DNA from: Alphaproteobacteria bacterium
GTDB lineage: Bacteria > Pseudomonadota > Alphaproteobacteria > MPNO01 > UBA830
Length of the DNA stretch: 64,000 bases
Reading direction: 5' to 3'
NCBI GenBank assembly: GCA_964291215.2
Contig: OZ219791.1
Location: forward strand, 544,001-608,000
The notes beneath the pieces are model-generated. The model ran no database searches and was not told where the DNA came from. It saw only the letters and a list, made by a program, of their open reading frames with translations. Shown here in pieces: positions 43,209-53,798 of the stretch. How positions within the stretch are numbered: the first letter of the stretch is position 1; the number at the start of each line of letters is the position of its first letter. The translations under genes were made by a program, and so were the position numbers.

Positions 43209-44158
43209 TGTCAGTTCCCGATCCCCAAGATCCCGGCACTGCGCACCCTACAGGCGCCCTCCCGAGCGGTAAACCGGAGACCTTCGCGCCCGGCCTCTGG
43301 ATCGTCGCCACGCCGATAGGAAATCTCGGCGATCTCAGCGCCCGGGCGGCAGGCGTCCTTGAGGCCGCCGATCTCGTCGCGTGCGAGGACACGCGCCGCA
43401 CCGGCCGTATGCTGAAGGCGTTCGGCCTGGAGGCGAAGCTGACGTCCTATCACGACCACAGCCCCGTCGGTGTCCGCGCCGGCCTCGTCCGGCGTCTCAG
43501 GGAGGGCGCGCTGGTGGCTCTGGTATCGGACGCGGGAACGCCGCTGGTGTCGGATCCCGGATACAAGCTGGTCCGCGAGGCCGTCGAGGCCGGGATCATG
43601 GTGACCTGCGCGCCGGGGCCGTCGTCGCCGCTGGCGGCGCTCGTCGTCTCCGGCCTTCCCAGCGATCGCTTCCTGGTCGCCGGTTATCCGCCGGCGCGGC
43701 CGGGAGCGCGCCGGGATTTCCTGACGGAATTCGCCGATCTCCGCGCCACCCTGATATTTCTCGAATCTCCGCGCCGCCTGGCGTCCGCACTCGGGGACAT
43801 GCGCGAGGTGTTCGGCGAGCGCCGCGCCGCAATCGTACGGGAGCTGACAAAGCTGCATGAGGAGATCCGCCGCGGTGACCTCTCGGCGCTCGCGGAACAG
43901 TACGGCGGAGAACCGCCAAGGGGAGAAATCGTCATTGTCGTGGAGGGGCGGGCGCCGAGGACGGTTGCCGACGCCGAAGTCGACGCCCTGCTCGACAAAG
44001 CGCTCTCGACCCAGTCAGTGCGCGACGCCGCTGCGGACATTGCCGCGGCAACCGGGCGTCCGCGGACGGACATCTACGCCCGCGCTTTGCGCCTGAAGCG
44101 GGGCGCCGAGGCAGTGACCGGCCGGCCCGAATCACCCGGCGCCGGCGGAATGCTATAA
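43208..44158 (+). CDS. rsmI: 16S rRNA C1402 2'-O-methyltransferase
   Basis: VATPIGNLGD, ACEDTRRT, SDAGTPLVSDPG, RELTKLHEE. Confidence 0.96.
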   Translation: MSVPDPQDPGTAHPTGALPSGKPETFAPGLWIVATPIGNLGDLSARAAGVLEAADLVACEDTRRTGRMLKAFGLEAKLTSYHDHSPVGVRAGLVRRLREGALVALVSDAGTPLVSDPGYKLVREAVEAGIMVTCAPGPSSPLAALVVSGLPSDRFLVAGYPPARPGARRDFLTEFADLRATLIFLESPRRLASALGDMREVFGERRAAIVRELTKLHEEIRRGDLSALAEQYGGEPPRGEIVIVVEGRAPRTVADAEVDALLDKALSTQSVRDAAADIAAATGRPRTDIYARALRLKRGAEAVTGRPESPGAGGML

Positions 44159-44276
44159 GTCGGCCCATTCCGCTGTCCGGTCGGCGAACCGGACAGGTCA
44201 ATGCTCCGGGACGGGCCCGGCCATTCGACCGAAATCTCGAATCCGGTGCCTGCCCGTCGAGACGGGGTACGCGAAA

Positions 44277-44888
44277 ATGAAACATGCCAGTTTCCGGATG
44301 GCCGCAATTGCGGTTGCAGCGGCGAGCCTTCTGGGACCGCTGCTCCAGGGCTGCGCGGTCGCGACGATCAGCACCGCCACGACTGCCGGCGCCACAGCCA
44401 CCGAGGAGCGCGGGCTCGGAGGCGCGATATCCGATACCGAGATCAGGGCCAGAATCAATTCGCTCTGGTTCGACAAGGATGAGCGCATGTGGCGCAAGCT
44501 CGAACTGCAGGTTCACAAGGGCCGGGCGCTTCTGACGGGCGTTCTCGACAGCCAGGAGATGAGCGACGAAGCAGCACGGCTGGCCTGGCGAGCGAAAGAG
44601 GTGCGCGAAGTCATCAACGAGATACAGATAGGCGAAAGCGGCGGCGTGACCGGCTATGCAAAGGACACCAAGATTTCGGCTGAACTCAAATCAAGGCTTT
44701 TGCTGGACACCAAGGTGGCGTCCCTGAACTATTCGGTCACGACGACGAAGGGGGTCGTCTACATCATCGGCAGCGCCCGGACCCAGAAGGAACTCGACAC
44801 CGTCAACTGGTACGCGCGCAACATAGGCGGTGTCCAAAAGGTTGTCTCCTACGTTCAGGTCGCTGGCGACGGGGCCGGGAATCGGTGA
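44277..44888 (+). CDS. Dual BON-domain lipoprotein (DolP/OsmY-like)
   Basis: Lipobox LQGC, two BON repeats (GRALLTG..VINEI; GVVYIIG..VVSYV). Confidence 0.88.
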   Translation: MKHASFRMAAIAVAAASLLGPLLQGCAVATISTATTAGATATEERGLGGAISDTEIRARINSLWFDKDERMWRKLELQVHKGRALLTGVLDSQEMSDEAARLAWRAKEVREVINEIQIGESGGVTGYAKDTKISAELKSRLLLDTKVASLNYSVTTTKGVVYIIGSARTQKELDTVNWYARNIGGVQKVVSYVQVAGDGAGNR

Positions 44889-45691
44889 AGGCGCGCACCG
44901 ACGCGAAAACCCTGCTGCGAGCAGCCGCGCGGCACAGCCCGACCGCGAAATCGATCTCGCAGGCACTGCCCTCGCGCTGGCCGTGCTCGAGGTGCCGTCC
45001 GTGGCGATCGAAGACTGCAGCGAACATGTCGAGCGCCTTGCAGAGGAAAGCGCAGCGCTGGCCGAGCCTGGGCAGGATCCGCTCGCCGCCCCGCAGTCGG
45101 TGCTGCACGACACCTACGGATACCGCGGCGACACCGCGACTTACGACGATCTGGAAAACGCCAATCTGGCGCTGGTCATCGAGCGGCGGAAGGGCCTGCC
45201 CGTGGCGCTGGGGATTCTCTACCTCCATGCGCTGCGCGCCTGCGGGTGCGCGGCCGAAGGGCTGAATTTCCCGGAACATTTCCTCATACGCCTCGACCAT
45301 GAGGGAGACCGCCGGATCGTTGATCCCTTCGACGGCGGCAGCGTCCGTTCGGCACCGGAACTCCGCGCCCTTCTCAAGGCCTCCGCCGGCGCCGAGCTCA
45401 AGCCGCATCACCTCTCGGCCGTCGGCAATCGTTATATTCTCATACGCCTCCACAACAACATCAGGATCCGGCATCTGCAGGCGGGAAGGATTGCCGAGGC
45501 GCTTGAGTGCACCAGCCGCATGCTGCTGTTCGCGCCGAAAGCGGCATTCCTGTGGCGCGATGTCGGCGTCCTTCATATGCAGCTCGGCAATCTTGCTGCC
45601 GCCATCTCGGCCTTCGAGGATTTCGCGATCCGGACCGGCGGTCGAGGAGGCCGCCGCAATCCTGAAGAAGCTCAAGGCGAAGCTGAACTGA
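44885..45691 (+). pseudogene. SirB1/transglutaminase-like plus TPR protein, two frameshifts (near 44930 and 45638)
   Basis: MKARTDAKTLLRAAA in one frame; AQPDREIDLA..GYRGD..RRKGLPVALGILY..NFPEHFL..DPF in a second; AVEEAAAILKKLKAKLN* in a third. Confidence 0.78.
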
Positions 45692-45898
45692 CAGCCGCTG
45701 ACGGGTTGCAGGCGCCTGCTTGAAAGCGGTTGCGGCAGATGGATAATGGTCGGCGCCGGAGCCGCTCCCGGTGCGTCTGCAGTCGCCGCAGCAAGGATCG
45801 ACGCGGTCTCCCGCCGCGATGCCCGGAACCTTCCCGTGCGCGACCGGGCAGGCAACCCCGGAATACACGCCCCAAGAGACCGGAGCCGATCATTCGCC

Positions 45899-46849
45899 AT
45901 GAGCCTGGACGTCGCCATACAGATGGACCACATCTCGTCGATCGATATCGACGCCGATTCCACCTTCATGCTGGCACTCGAAGCCCAGGCCCGCGGCCAC
46001 GCGCTGTTCCACTACGAGCCCTCCGATCTGGCCTTCCGCGACGGAACCCTTCACGCCCGGATCCAGCCTCTCGAGGTGCGGCGGCAGACCGGCGATCACT
46101 TCTCCCTCGGCCCGGCCCGGGACATCGATCTCGCCGATGTCGACATCGTGCTGATGCGCCAGGACCCGCCTTTCGATCTGGCCTATGTCACTGCGACCCA
46201 TCTCCTGGAACACATCCACCCCGCCACCCTGGTCGTGAACGACCCGGCAGAAGTCCGCAACGCCCCCGAGAAACTGTTCGTCACCAGGTTTCCGGGCGTC
46301 CTGCCGGAAACGCTGATTACCGCTGATCGCACGCGGATCGCCGCGTTTCGCCGTGAATTCGGGGACATCATCCTCAAGCCGCTGTTCGGCAACGGCGGCG
46401 CAGACGTGTTCCACATCAGGCCCGACGACGACAACTTCAATGCGCTCCTGGACATGTTTACCGACAAGTACCGGGAGCCCGTGATCGCCCAGCGCTACCT
46501 TCCGGAAATTCGCTCGGGCGACAAGCGCATCATCCTCGTCGACGGCGAGCCCGCCGGAGCCGTCGCGCGCATACCCGCCGACGGCGATGCCCGTGCCAAT
46601 TTCCATGCCGGCGGGCAAGCAAGAAAGACGAAACTGACCGAACGCGAGCGCGAGATCTGCACCACCATCGGCCCGGAACTGCGCGAACGGGGGCTGATCT
46701 TCGTCGGCATCGACGTGATCGGCGACTATCTGACCGAAATCAACGTCACGTCTCCGACGGGGATCCAGGAGATCAACCGCTTCGACGGTATCGCGATAGA
46801 GGGCCGTATCTGGGACACGATAGAGGAACGGTTCGCGAACCGGGCCTGA
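45899..46849 (+). CDS. gshB: Glutathione synthetase
   Basis: [38 protein letters not shown]. Confidence 0.97.
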   Translation: MSLDVAIQMDHISSIDIDADSTFMLALEAQARGHALFHYEPSDLAFRDGTLHARIQPLEVRRQTGDHFSLGPARDIDLADVDIVLMRQDPPFDLAYVTATHLLEHIHPATLVVNDPAEVRNAPEKLFVTRFPGVLPETLITADRTRIAAFRREFGDIILKPLFGNGGADVFHIRPDDDNFNALLDMFTDKYREPVIAQRYLPEIRSGDKRIILVDGEPAGAVARIPADGDARANFHAGGQARKTKLTEREREICTTIGPELRERGLIFVGIDVIGDYLTEINVTSPTGIQEINRFDGIAIEGRIWDTIEERFANRA

Positions 46850-46911
46850 ACGGCCGCAGCAAGCCCGCGCGACCCGCGGCTCTCACGGCGCGGGCGGCGG
46901 ATCCGGCCGGG

Positions 46912-47805
46912 TCAATGCGCACCCGGCAAACCGCCACGGCGCGCCTCCTCGCGGACGGCGTACCAGTTGGCGCCGAAGATCGCCACACCGCCGAGAAGCG
47001 TCCACAGACTCAGGGTTTCGGAATAGATCAGGAAGCCGAACAGCGCCATCAGCGGCAGGCGCAGGAAATCCAGGGGAAAGATGATCGTGATGTCTGCCAG
47101 CTTGAGGGCGCGCGCCATCGTGTAGTGCGCCGCAAACCCCGACAGGCCCCAAATCGCTATCCACGGAATGTCGGAAAGCGCGGGCGTCACCCAGCCGAAG
47201 ATGAACACGGCCGGGATCAGGCCAAGCGGCAGCTGGAGCATGTTCATGTAGAAGATGATCGCAGCCGGCGAGTCGGTCCGGGTCAGGTATTTCACCAGAA
47301 CCCCCGAGCCGGCGTAGAAGGCGGAGCCCGCGAGCATGACGCCGCCGGCGATGTTGAAGGCCGATCCCTCGGGCTGCAGGATGATCAGGACCCCGGCAAA
47401 TCCGAGGATCGTAGCTATCCATTTGTGCCGCCACATGCGCTCGCCGAGAAACGCCGCGGCGAGCAGTGCCGTGAACACCGGAACCGAGAATTCGATCGCG
47501 GTAAGGTCTGAAAGCGTCAGGTAGGCGATACCGTACATCCAGCAGAGCTGGCCCGAGAACTGCACGAGAGCGCGAATTCCGTGGAACCGGAAACGCCCCG
47601 TGCGCAGGTCCGCGAAACGGTTGCAGACGATGAAGGGAGAGACGATCAGGACCCCGATCAGGCTGCGGAAGAAGAGAATCTCGAAGGTCGACATCGTCGT
47701 CTGCAGCTCGCGGGCGGAGATCGCCATCCCCGCGAAACCGGCCATGGTGCCGCAGAACCACAGCACTGCCGCCAGCAGCGCCGGCGCAGCGACCCGCGAT
47801 GTCAC
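46912..47805 (-). CDS. EamA/DMT family transporter (copy 4)
   Basis: About 10 TM segments, RELQTTMSTFEILFFR, LGER, DFLRLP; GTG start overlaps upstream TGA. Confidence 0.88.
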   Translation of the reverse strand: MTSRVAAPALLAAVLWFCGTMAGFAGMAISARELQTTMSTFEILFFRSLIGVLIVSPFIVCNRFADLRTGRFRFHGIRALVQFSGQLCWMYGIAYLTLSDLTAIEFSVPVFTALLAAAFLGERMWRHKWIATILGFAGVLIILQPEGSAFNIAGGVMLAGSAFYAGSGVLVKYLTRTDSPAAIIFYMNMLQLPLGLIPAVFIFGWVTPALSDIPWIAIWGLSGFAAHYTMARALKLADITIIFPLDFLRLPLMALFGFLIYSETLSLWTLLGGVAIFGANWYAVREEARRGGLPGAH

Positions 47806-48716
47806 GGTCTCGAACCAGCGGGGCGCGCCTCGCGCCACACGGAGTAGTAGTTCCCGCCAAAGATCAGAAGTGCGCCGAGGATGATCCACGCACCGACGGT
47901 TTCCGAGTAGGCCAGCCACCCCATGAATGCCGCCAGCGGCAGGCGAACGAAGTCTATGGGAATGCATACCGTGGCATCGGCGAGGCGGAACGCCCGTGCC
48001 ATGCAGAAATGGGCGGACATGGCCGTGAATCCGATGACCAGGAGCCAGGGAAGGTCGATCCAGCCCGGCCACACCCAGTCGAACACGAATATCGCCGGAA
48101 CCAGCGCCAGCGGCAGCTGGATGAACTGCATCCAGAACACGATCACCCAGGGCGGATCGGTGGCGGTCAGGGACTTTACCATCACGTTCGAGACGCTGTA
48201 GAGCAGCGAGCCCAGCAACACGATGAGCGCCGCGTCGGTCACGATCTCGAGCCCCGGCCGCAGAATAACCAGCGTGCCCGCGAGGCCGGCGCCGACCGCC
48301 AGCACCCGGTGGCGCCGGACCGGTTCGCCGAGGGCCAGGATGGCGATGATCGCCGTCCACATAGGCATCGTGAATTCGAGCGCGATAACATGGGCAAGCG
48401 GCAGGAGGGTGACGCCGATGACCCAGCACCACTGGCCGCCAAAATGGAAGCCGTTGCGGATGACATGAAACCCGATTCGGCGCGTCAGCACGTTCGCGAA
48501 TCCAAGGCGCCAGGCAATCAGGCACATGACGGGAATGCCGACGATCGACCGGAAGGAGAGAAGCTCGAAACTCGACATGGTCGCCGACAACTCGCGCACT
48601 GCCGCCATCATGAGCAGGAAAGACGCGGCGACGCCAAGCATCCACAATGCCGCCGGTGCGGCCCTGTTGGCGGACGGCGGGCCGGTGTCTGGACCCGCCG
48701 GATCAGCCCGCGTCAC
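47802..48716 (-). CDS. EamA/DMT family transporter (copy 3)
   Basis: RELSATMSSFELLSFR, LGEP, ILRPG, DFVRLP. Confidence 0.88.
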   Translation of the reverse strand: MTRADPAGPDTGPPSANRAAPAALWMLGVAASFLLMMAAVRELSATMSSFELLSFRSIVGIPVMCLIAWRLGFANVLTRRIGFHVIRNGFHFGGQWCWVIGVTLLPLAHVIALEFTMPMWTAIIAILALGEPVRRHRVLAVGAGLAGTLVILRPGLEIVTDAALIVLLGSLLYSVSNVMVKSLTATDPPWVIVFWMQFIQLPLALVPAIFVFDWVWPGWIDLPWLLVIGFTAMSAHFCMARAFRLADATVCIPIDFVRLPLAAFMGWLAYSETVGAWIILGALLIFGGNYYSVWREARPAGSRP

Positions 48717-49623
48717 CGCGGCCTCCCGGCGGCTCCGCTCGCGCGAGGCGGCTCTCGCGCGCCGTGATATAGGATGTGCTGACCACGATGACCGCGGCGC
48801 CGATCCACACCCAGATCTCGGGAATCTCGCCGAATAGCGCAAAGGCAAGCGCGGCGGTGAAGGGAAGGCGGAGAAAATCCAGGGCCGCCATCACGCTTGC
48901 GTCCGCCGACCTCAGTGCGGTGGTGTAGAAAAACGGCGCCAGCGTGCCCATGACGCCGATGATCAAGATGGGCAGCAAATCGGGCCATGCCGGCACAACC
49001 CAGAAGACGATGGCCGGCGGCACGCAGAAGATGCCGATCAGGATGTTGGTATAGAAGGTCAGCGCCAGCGGTTTTTCGGTTGCTACCATGGCCTTGAGAT
49101 AGATCACTGTCGCCGCGTAGAGGACGGCGGATACTAGGATCATGATCTCGGGCCATCCGATGTCGGCTGAGCCCGGGCGAAGAATGACCAGCATGCCGAC
49201 GAAGCCGACGACGACGGCCGCAATGCGCCGGGGCCCAACCCGCTCGCCCAGGATGAGCACGGCAAGGAGGATGACGAAAAGCGGCAGCGTGAAGTGGATC
49301 GCGACGGCCTTGCCCAGCGGCACGACGGCAATGGCGCTGAACCACAACACCATGCCGGCGAAGTTGATTGCGGCGCGCTGGGCGTGAAGGCCGAAACGGC
49401 GCGTCCGCAGCTGGTGAAACCCCTTCCACGCGTACCAGGGCATCAGCAGGAGGATGCTGATGGCCATGCGCCAGAACACGATCTGGAACGCGGACATCGT
49501 ATCCGAGAGCTCGCGCACTGCGGAGTGCAGTACCGCGAACAGGGCCATCGACACGATGCCGATGCCGATCCCCCTGAGCACTGCCGGCGCCGGGGAAGAC
49601 ATCAACGGTTTGCCGGCGGTCAT
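48703..49623 (-). CDS. EamA/DMT family transporter (copy 2)
   Basis: RELSDTMSAFQIVFWR, LGERVG, ILRPG, DFLRLP; ATG overlaps upstream TGA. Confidence 0.88.
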   Translation of the reverse strand: MTAGKPLMSSPAPAVLRGIGIGIVSMALFAVLHSAVRELSDTMSAFQIVFWRMAISILLLMPWYAWKGFHQLRTRRFGLHAQRAAINFAGMVLWFSAIAVVPLGKAVAIHFTLPLFVILLAVLILGERVGPRRIAAVVVGFVGMLVILRPGSADIGWPEIMILVSAVLYAATVIYLKAMVATEKPLALTFYTNILIGIFCVPPAIVFWVVPAWPDLLPILIIGVMGTLAPFFYTTALRSADASVMAALDFLRLPFTAALAFALFGEIPEIWVWIGAAVIVVSTSYITARESRLARAEPPGGRGDAG

Positions 49624-50549
49624 GCGGCACCGTTTTCCGGACCCGCGGAAAGTCTGCGGCCCTCTTTTGCCTCGTGCGCGGTAATGTACCAGGCGCTGGC
49701 GAAGATGATCGCCGCACCGGCCCAGACGAATATGTCGGGCACTTCGCCAAAGAGGAGAAATGCAAACAGCGCGGTGAACGGCAGACGCAGGAAGTCGAAG
49801 GCACTGACGACACTGGCGTCGACGGTCCGGAGCGCCGTCGCCACCAGCACCGGCGCAATCAAGCCGCACACTCCGAGTCCGAGGATCGGTAGGATGTCGG
49901 CGGCAACGAGCGGCGCCCAGTCCAGCGCCGTCGGACCAACGCACCACAGCGCCATGAAAAGCGACGTATAGAACGTGATCGCCAGCGGCGTTTCCTCGCG
50001 CACCATGACCTTGATGAAGATGAACGCGACACCGTAGAGCGCCGCCGAGGCGACGATAGCGGCCTCGGGCCACCCGAACGAGATCACCCCCGGCCGGAGA
50101 ATGACCAGCGCGCCGACAAAGCCCGCGAGGACGGCAGCGCAGCGTCGCAGGCCGAGACGTTCGCCAAGAAAAATGACCGCGAAGAGCACGATGAACAGCG
50201 GCATGGTGAAGTGAATCGCGACGCTCTTGGCCAGAACGACATGCTTCAGGGCCCAGAACCATATGACCATGCCGATGAGGTTCACCGTCGCGCGCGCGAA
50301 ATGCAGCCCGGGGCGCCGCGTCCTGAGGCGGTGAACACCGGCCCAGACGAAATACCCGCCGATCAGGACGATGCCGAACAGGCCGCGGATGAACACGATC
50401 TGGAACGGCGACATCGTATCCGAGAGGAGCCGGACCGACGGCGGTACGACACCGAACAGGAGCATTCCCGCCATGATCAGCAGGGCGCTCTGCACGACGC
50501 GACCCGGAGCAGGATCGCCAGCGACCGGCGGCATTGCCCGGATGTTCAC
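49620..50549 (-). CDS. EamA/DMT family transporter (copy 1)
   Basis: RLLSDTMSPFQIVFIR, LGERLG, ILRPG, DFLRLP; start 50549 or 50534. Confidence 0.88.
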   Translation of the reverse strand: MNIRAMPPVAGDPAPGRVVQSALLIMAGMLLFGVVPPSVRLLSDTMSPFQIVFIRGLFGIVLIGGYFVWAGVHRLRTRRPGLHFARATVNLIGMVIWFWALKHVVLAKSVAIHFTMPLFIVLFAVIFLGERLGLRRCAAVLAGFVGALVILRPGVISFGWPEAAIVASAALYGVAFIFIKVMVREETPLAITFYTSLFMALWCVGPTALDWAPLVAADILPILGLGVCGLIAPVLVATALRTVDASVVSAFDFLRLPFTALFAFLLFGEVPDIFVWAGAAIIFASAWYITAHEAKEGRRLSAGPENGAA

Positions 50550-50595
50550 AGCGCGCCTCCCGCCGGGGTCCGGGACACGGTTGCTGCATGCAATG

Positions 50596-52167
50596 TCACC
50601 GCCGGCTTTCCCAGAGCCGGGAAAGCGCGGTTCGATCGACCTTGCCGCGATCGTTCTTGGGGATCTCGTCGAGGACAACGATGTGTCCGGGCACCTTGAA
50701 CTCGGGGAGGCGCGCCGCGCATCGCGCCCGTATCTCCCCGGGCACGAGCCGGGTTCCCGGCGCCGCCGCGACGAAGCTCGCGATTTCCTCGCCGTAGACG
50801 GCGTCGGGCACCCCGATGGTGGCCGCCTCGCGCAGTTCGGAAAACGAGACCAGCACGTTGTCGATCTCCGAAGGCGAGATATTGACGCCGCCGCGGATGA
50901 TCACGTCGCGGGTGCGCCCGGAGATGATCAGGAATCCGTCCTCGTCGAGATATCCGAGATCACCGGTCTTGAGCCGCGTGCCGCGGATCTTCTCGGTGGC
51001 AGCGCCCTCATGCAGGAAACCCCACCCGATCTGGGCGCCGCCGATCTCGATCTCGCCGATATCGCCCGCCGGCAAGGGCGCGCCGTCCGCATTCACGATG
51101 CGCAGATTCTGGTACAGGCCGGGCCTGCCGACGCTTCCGATACGCCGCGCGCCGACGTGATTGCCGGCAACCACCCCGCCCTCGCTCATGCCGTAAATCT
51201 GGACGAGTTCGACACCATAGGTTTCCTCGAAACGCCGGTGCTGTTCGACCATCAGCGGCGCCGTCGAGGATGACATGAAACGCAAACTGCCCATGGCTTC
51301 GCAGTCGACCGGCCGCGTGTCGCGGCCGAGAAGCATGTTGATGACCGTTGGAATACCGATGGCCATGGTCGGCCGCCAGCGCCGGATCCAGTCGAAGAAG
51401 CGCGACTGCGAGAATCGCCGCGCGAATATCAGGGTCGCGCCGACCACCAGCGCCGGCTGCAGGCACAGCATGTGGGACGAAGCCCAGCCGAAGGACCGGT
51501 ATTCCAGCATGCGGTCGGCATCGGTGAGCTTCCACATATCGATGGTCTGGTCGGCGATCCAGAAATAGTTTCCGAACGTATGCAGCACGCCCTTGGGCGC
51601 CGCCGCCGTCCCCGACGTGAAGCTCATGACGCAGAGGTCGTCCGGGCCGGCGCCGGCAACCGGCGGGTCGTCGCCATCGCTGTAGCCGTCGAGCAGTTCG
51701 AACAGCCCGCCTTCGCCGGCATTCCCGGCCGGCAACCAACGGCCGAAACGAAGCCAGTCCGCGTCCGGTTCCAGTCCGGAGGTGTCGAGATCCCGGTGCC
51801 ACAGAACGAGCTCCGGGTCCATCCGCTGCAGCATTTCACGGATATGCCGCGCGTTGACCTCAACATCGATGGTGCAGAACGCTGCCCCGTATCGCTGGAT
51901 GGCGAAATACAGCGCCAGCATTTCCAGCCGGTTGCCGGTGAGCACGGCAACCCGCCCGCCGGCGCCGACGCCGCGGTCGTGAAGCAGGCGGGCGAACCGG
52001 TTCGAGAAACGCCACAATGCGCCGAAGCTCATCGAGCGGCCGTCCTCGTCGATCGAGATCAGGAACGGCTTGTCCGGACGAAGCGCGGCCTGCTCGCGGA
52101 GGATGTCGCCCACCGCGCGGTAGCGCGACCAGTCCGGTTCGCTCGCGATATCCGAAGCCAATGCCAC
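50596..52167 (-). CDS. Class I adenylate-forming enzyme (acyl/aryl-CoA ligase)
   Basis: FTSGTAAAPKGV, YGMSE, TGDLG, GRTRDVIIRGG, PKNDRGK. Confidence 0.9.
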   Translation of the reverse strand: MALASDIASEPDWSRYRAVGDILREQAALRPDKPFLISIDEDGRSMSFGALWRFSNRFARLLHDRGVGAGGRVAVLTGNRLEMLALYFAIQRYGAAFCTIDVEVNARHIREMLQRMDPELVLWHRDLDTSGLEPDADWLRFGRWLPAGNAGEGGLFELLDGYSDGDDPPVAGAGPDDLCVMSFTSGTAAAPKGVLHTFGNYFWIADQTIDMWKLTDADRMLEYRSFGWASSHMLCLQPALVVGATLIFARRFSQSRFFDWIRRWRPTMAIGIPTVINMLLGRDTRPVDCEAMGSLRFMSSSTAPLMVEQHRRFEETYGVELVQIYGMSEGGVVAGNHVGARRIGSVGRPGLYQNLRIVNADGAPLPAGDIGEIEIGGAQIGWGFLHEGAATEKIRGTRLKTGDLGYLDEDGFLIISGRTRDVIIRGGVNISPSEIDNVLVSFSELREAATIGVPDAVYGEEIASFVAAAPGTRLVPGEIRARCAARLPEFKVPGHIVVLDEIPKNDRGKVDRTALSRLWESRR

Positions 52168-52178
52168 CGGCGCGCTTC

Positions 52179-53704
52179 CTATGCCAGCCCGCTGTTGCCC
52201 ATGAAGCGCAGATATTCGGACTGGCCCGCCTTCATCTCCCGGATCTCCGGTTCGCTGAACCAGCGCGTGAAGTCGAACTTCTCGACCGGATAGCGCGCCC
52301 GCCGGAAATGCTCCCGCGCCGCAAGCGGCACCGTGGCGTCAATTCCGAGTCCGCCCTCGAACATCGAGACCTGTTCGTTCACGCCCATGCGTTCGGCCGG
52401 CATGTAGGCATGCCCCTTCGACTGCGCAGCGCCGGTGAACAGGTCGGTATGCGGATTGACGCGGGTGGCGATGGCCCACATGATGTCTTCCGGCTGGTTG
52501 ATGTCTATGTCATCATCAACGACGACGACAAGGCGCATGCCGCAGGCGATCCCCATGACCGCTTCGAGGATGTTGCGCTGGAGCCCTTCATCCGAACGGC
52601 GGCGCTTCCTGACCTGGATCACGATGCCGCCCCACATCATCAACGCCGTGCTGGCGGTGACATCGACGACCAGACCCGGGGCGATGCGTTCCGCAAGTTC
52701 GTAGTAGTTGGCCGCCGCGAACGGAATCCATTGCCAGACCGAGCCGAGATGGGGGACATAGTATATCGGCTTGTCCGCCCGATGGGTGATGGCGCTGACC
52801 TCGAAACGCCGCGCCCGGTAGGCGCGGCCCATGTAGCGCGCCGATTCCGGATGGAACATCGCGACGCCCTGTTCACCGAGCGCCTCCGCCTCCTCGGTCT
52901 CCCAGACCCGCTGATTGGGAACGATATGCCCCTCGATGACGTACTCGGCATCGCCCACGCATCGACAGTTCTCGCGCGCACGATGCGGACCGGCGACCCC
53001 TGCAGAGTTCCGGCGGCGCCGATTTCGTCCTGAGGGATCGGGTAGATCGCCGAGTTGAGGAAACCGAGGCCCATGAACTCGACCATCGGCGGCGGCGAGA
53101 CATTGACGGTTACCGGTATGCGGTACTCGTGATGGCCGGCGGCGATCTGATCGCCATGTCCGCCCGGAACCATGTTGATCGACGCAACCGTCCGCTCCCT
53201 GAAGCTCATGCGGTAGAAGGAGAGCTGGCTCTTGCCGCCAGCCCACTCGCCGAAGATGCAGTGCACCCCGGATCCGAAGAAGCGCCCGCCATCCTCTTCG
53301 GTGTGGCGCACCATTGGCAGGAGCCGGAACGGATCGACCTCGGCGGCCGGCAGAACCACTTCCTGGACCGGAGCGTCTTCGGTCTCGACCGGCGGAAGCG
53401 GGTTGGCCACGGCGTGGCGGATCCGGTTCTTGATCTCGCCGAGCTCGTCAACGCCGAGGAGCCGGCATATGCGCTCGCGCCGCCCCCACAGGCTCGCAAT
53501 CAGGCGCGCATTGGGATAGCCGGCCACGTTTTCCACCAGAAAGGCGGGGCCGTCATCGAAGGCCTTGTTGATCGCCGTCGCCTCGAGGTCGGGATCCACC
53601 GGCGCCGCGATGCGCCTGACGTCGTCGCCGAGCCATTCGAGGGTGCCGCGGAGCGTAGGAAGCGCCTGCTCCCTGGCGTCCGGCGTGTGGTCGGGTGCCG
53701 CCAT
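52179..53704 (-). pseudogene. UbiD-family (de)carboxylase, single frameshift near 52952
   Basis: LPMVRHTEEDGGRFFGSG, SFYRM, DEIGAAG, ARTVDAWA | DAEYVIEG, VVVVDDDIDI..DIMWAIATR, GIDATVP. Confidence 0.82.
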
Positions 53705-53798
53705 CACAGTGTCCTTCCGGTCGTTTCGACAGTATTAGCCCGCTGCCGAGACATATCAAAATGCGCGTCGGGAACATGCTATTGTTCCGCAACCTTCC

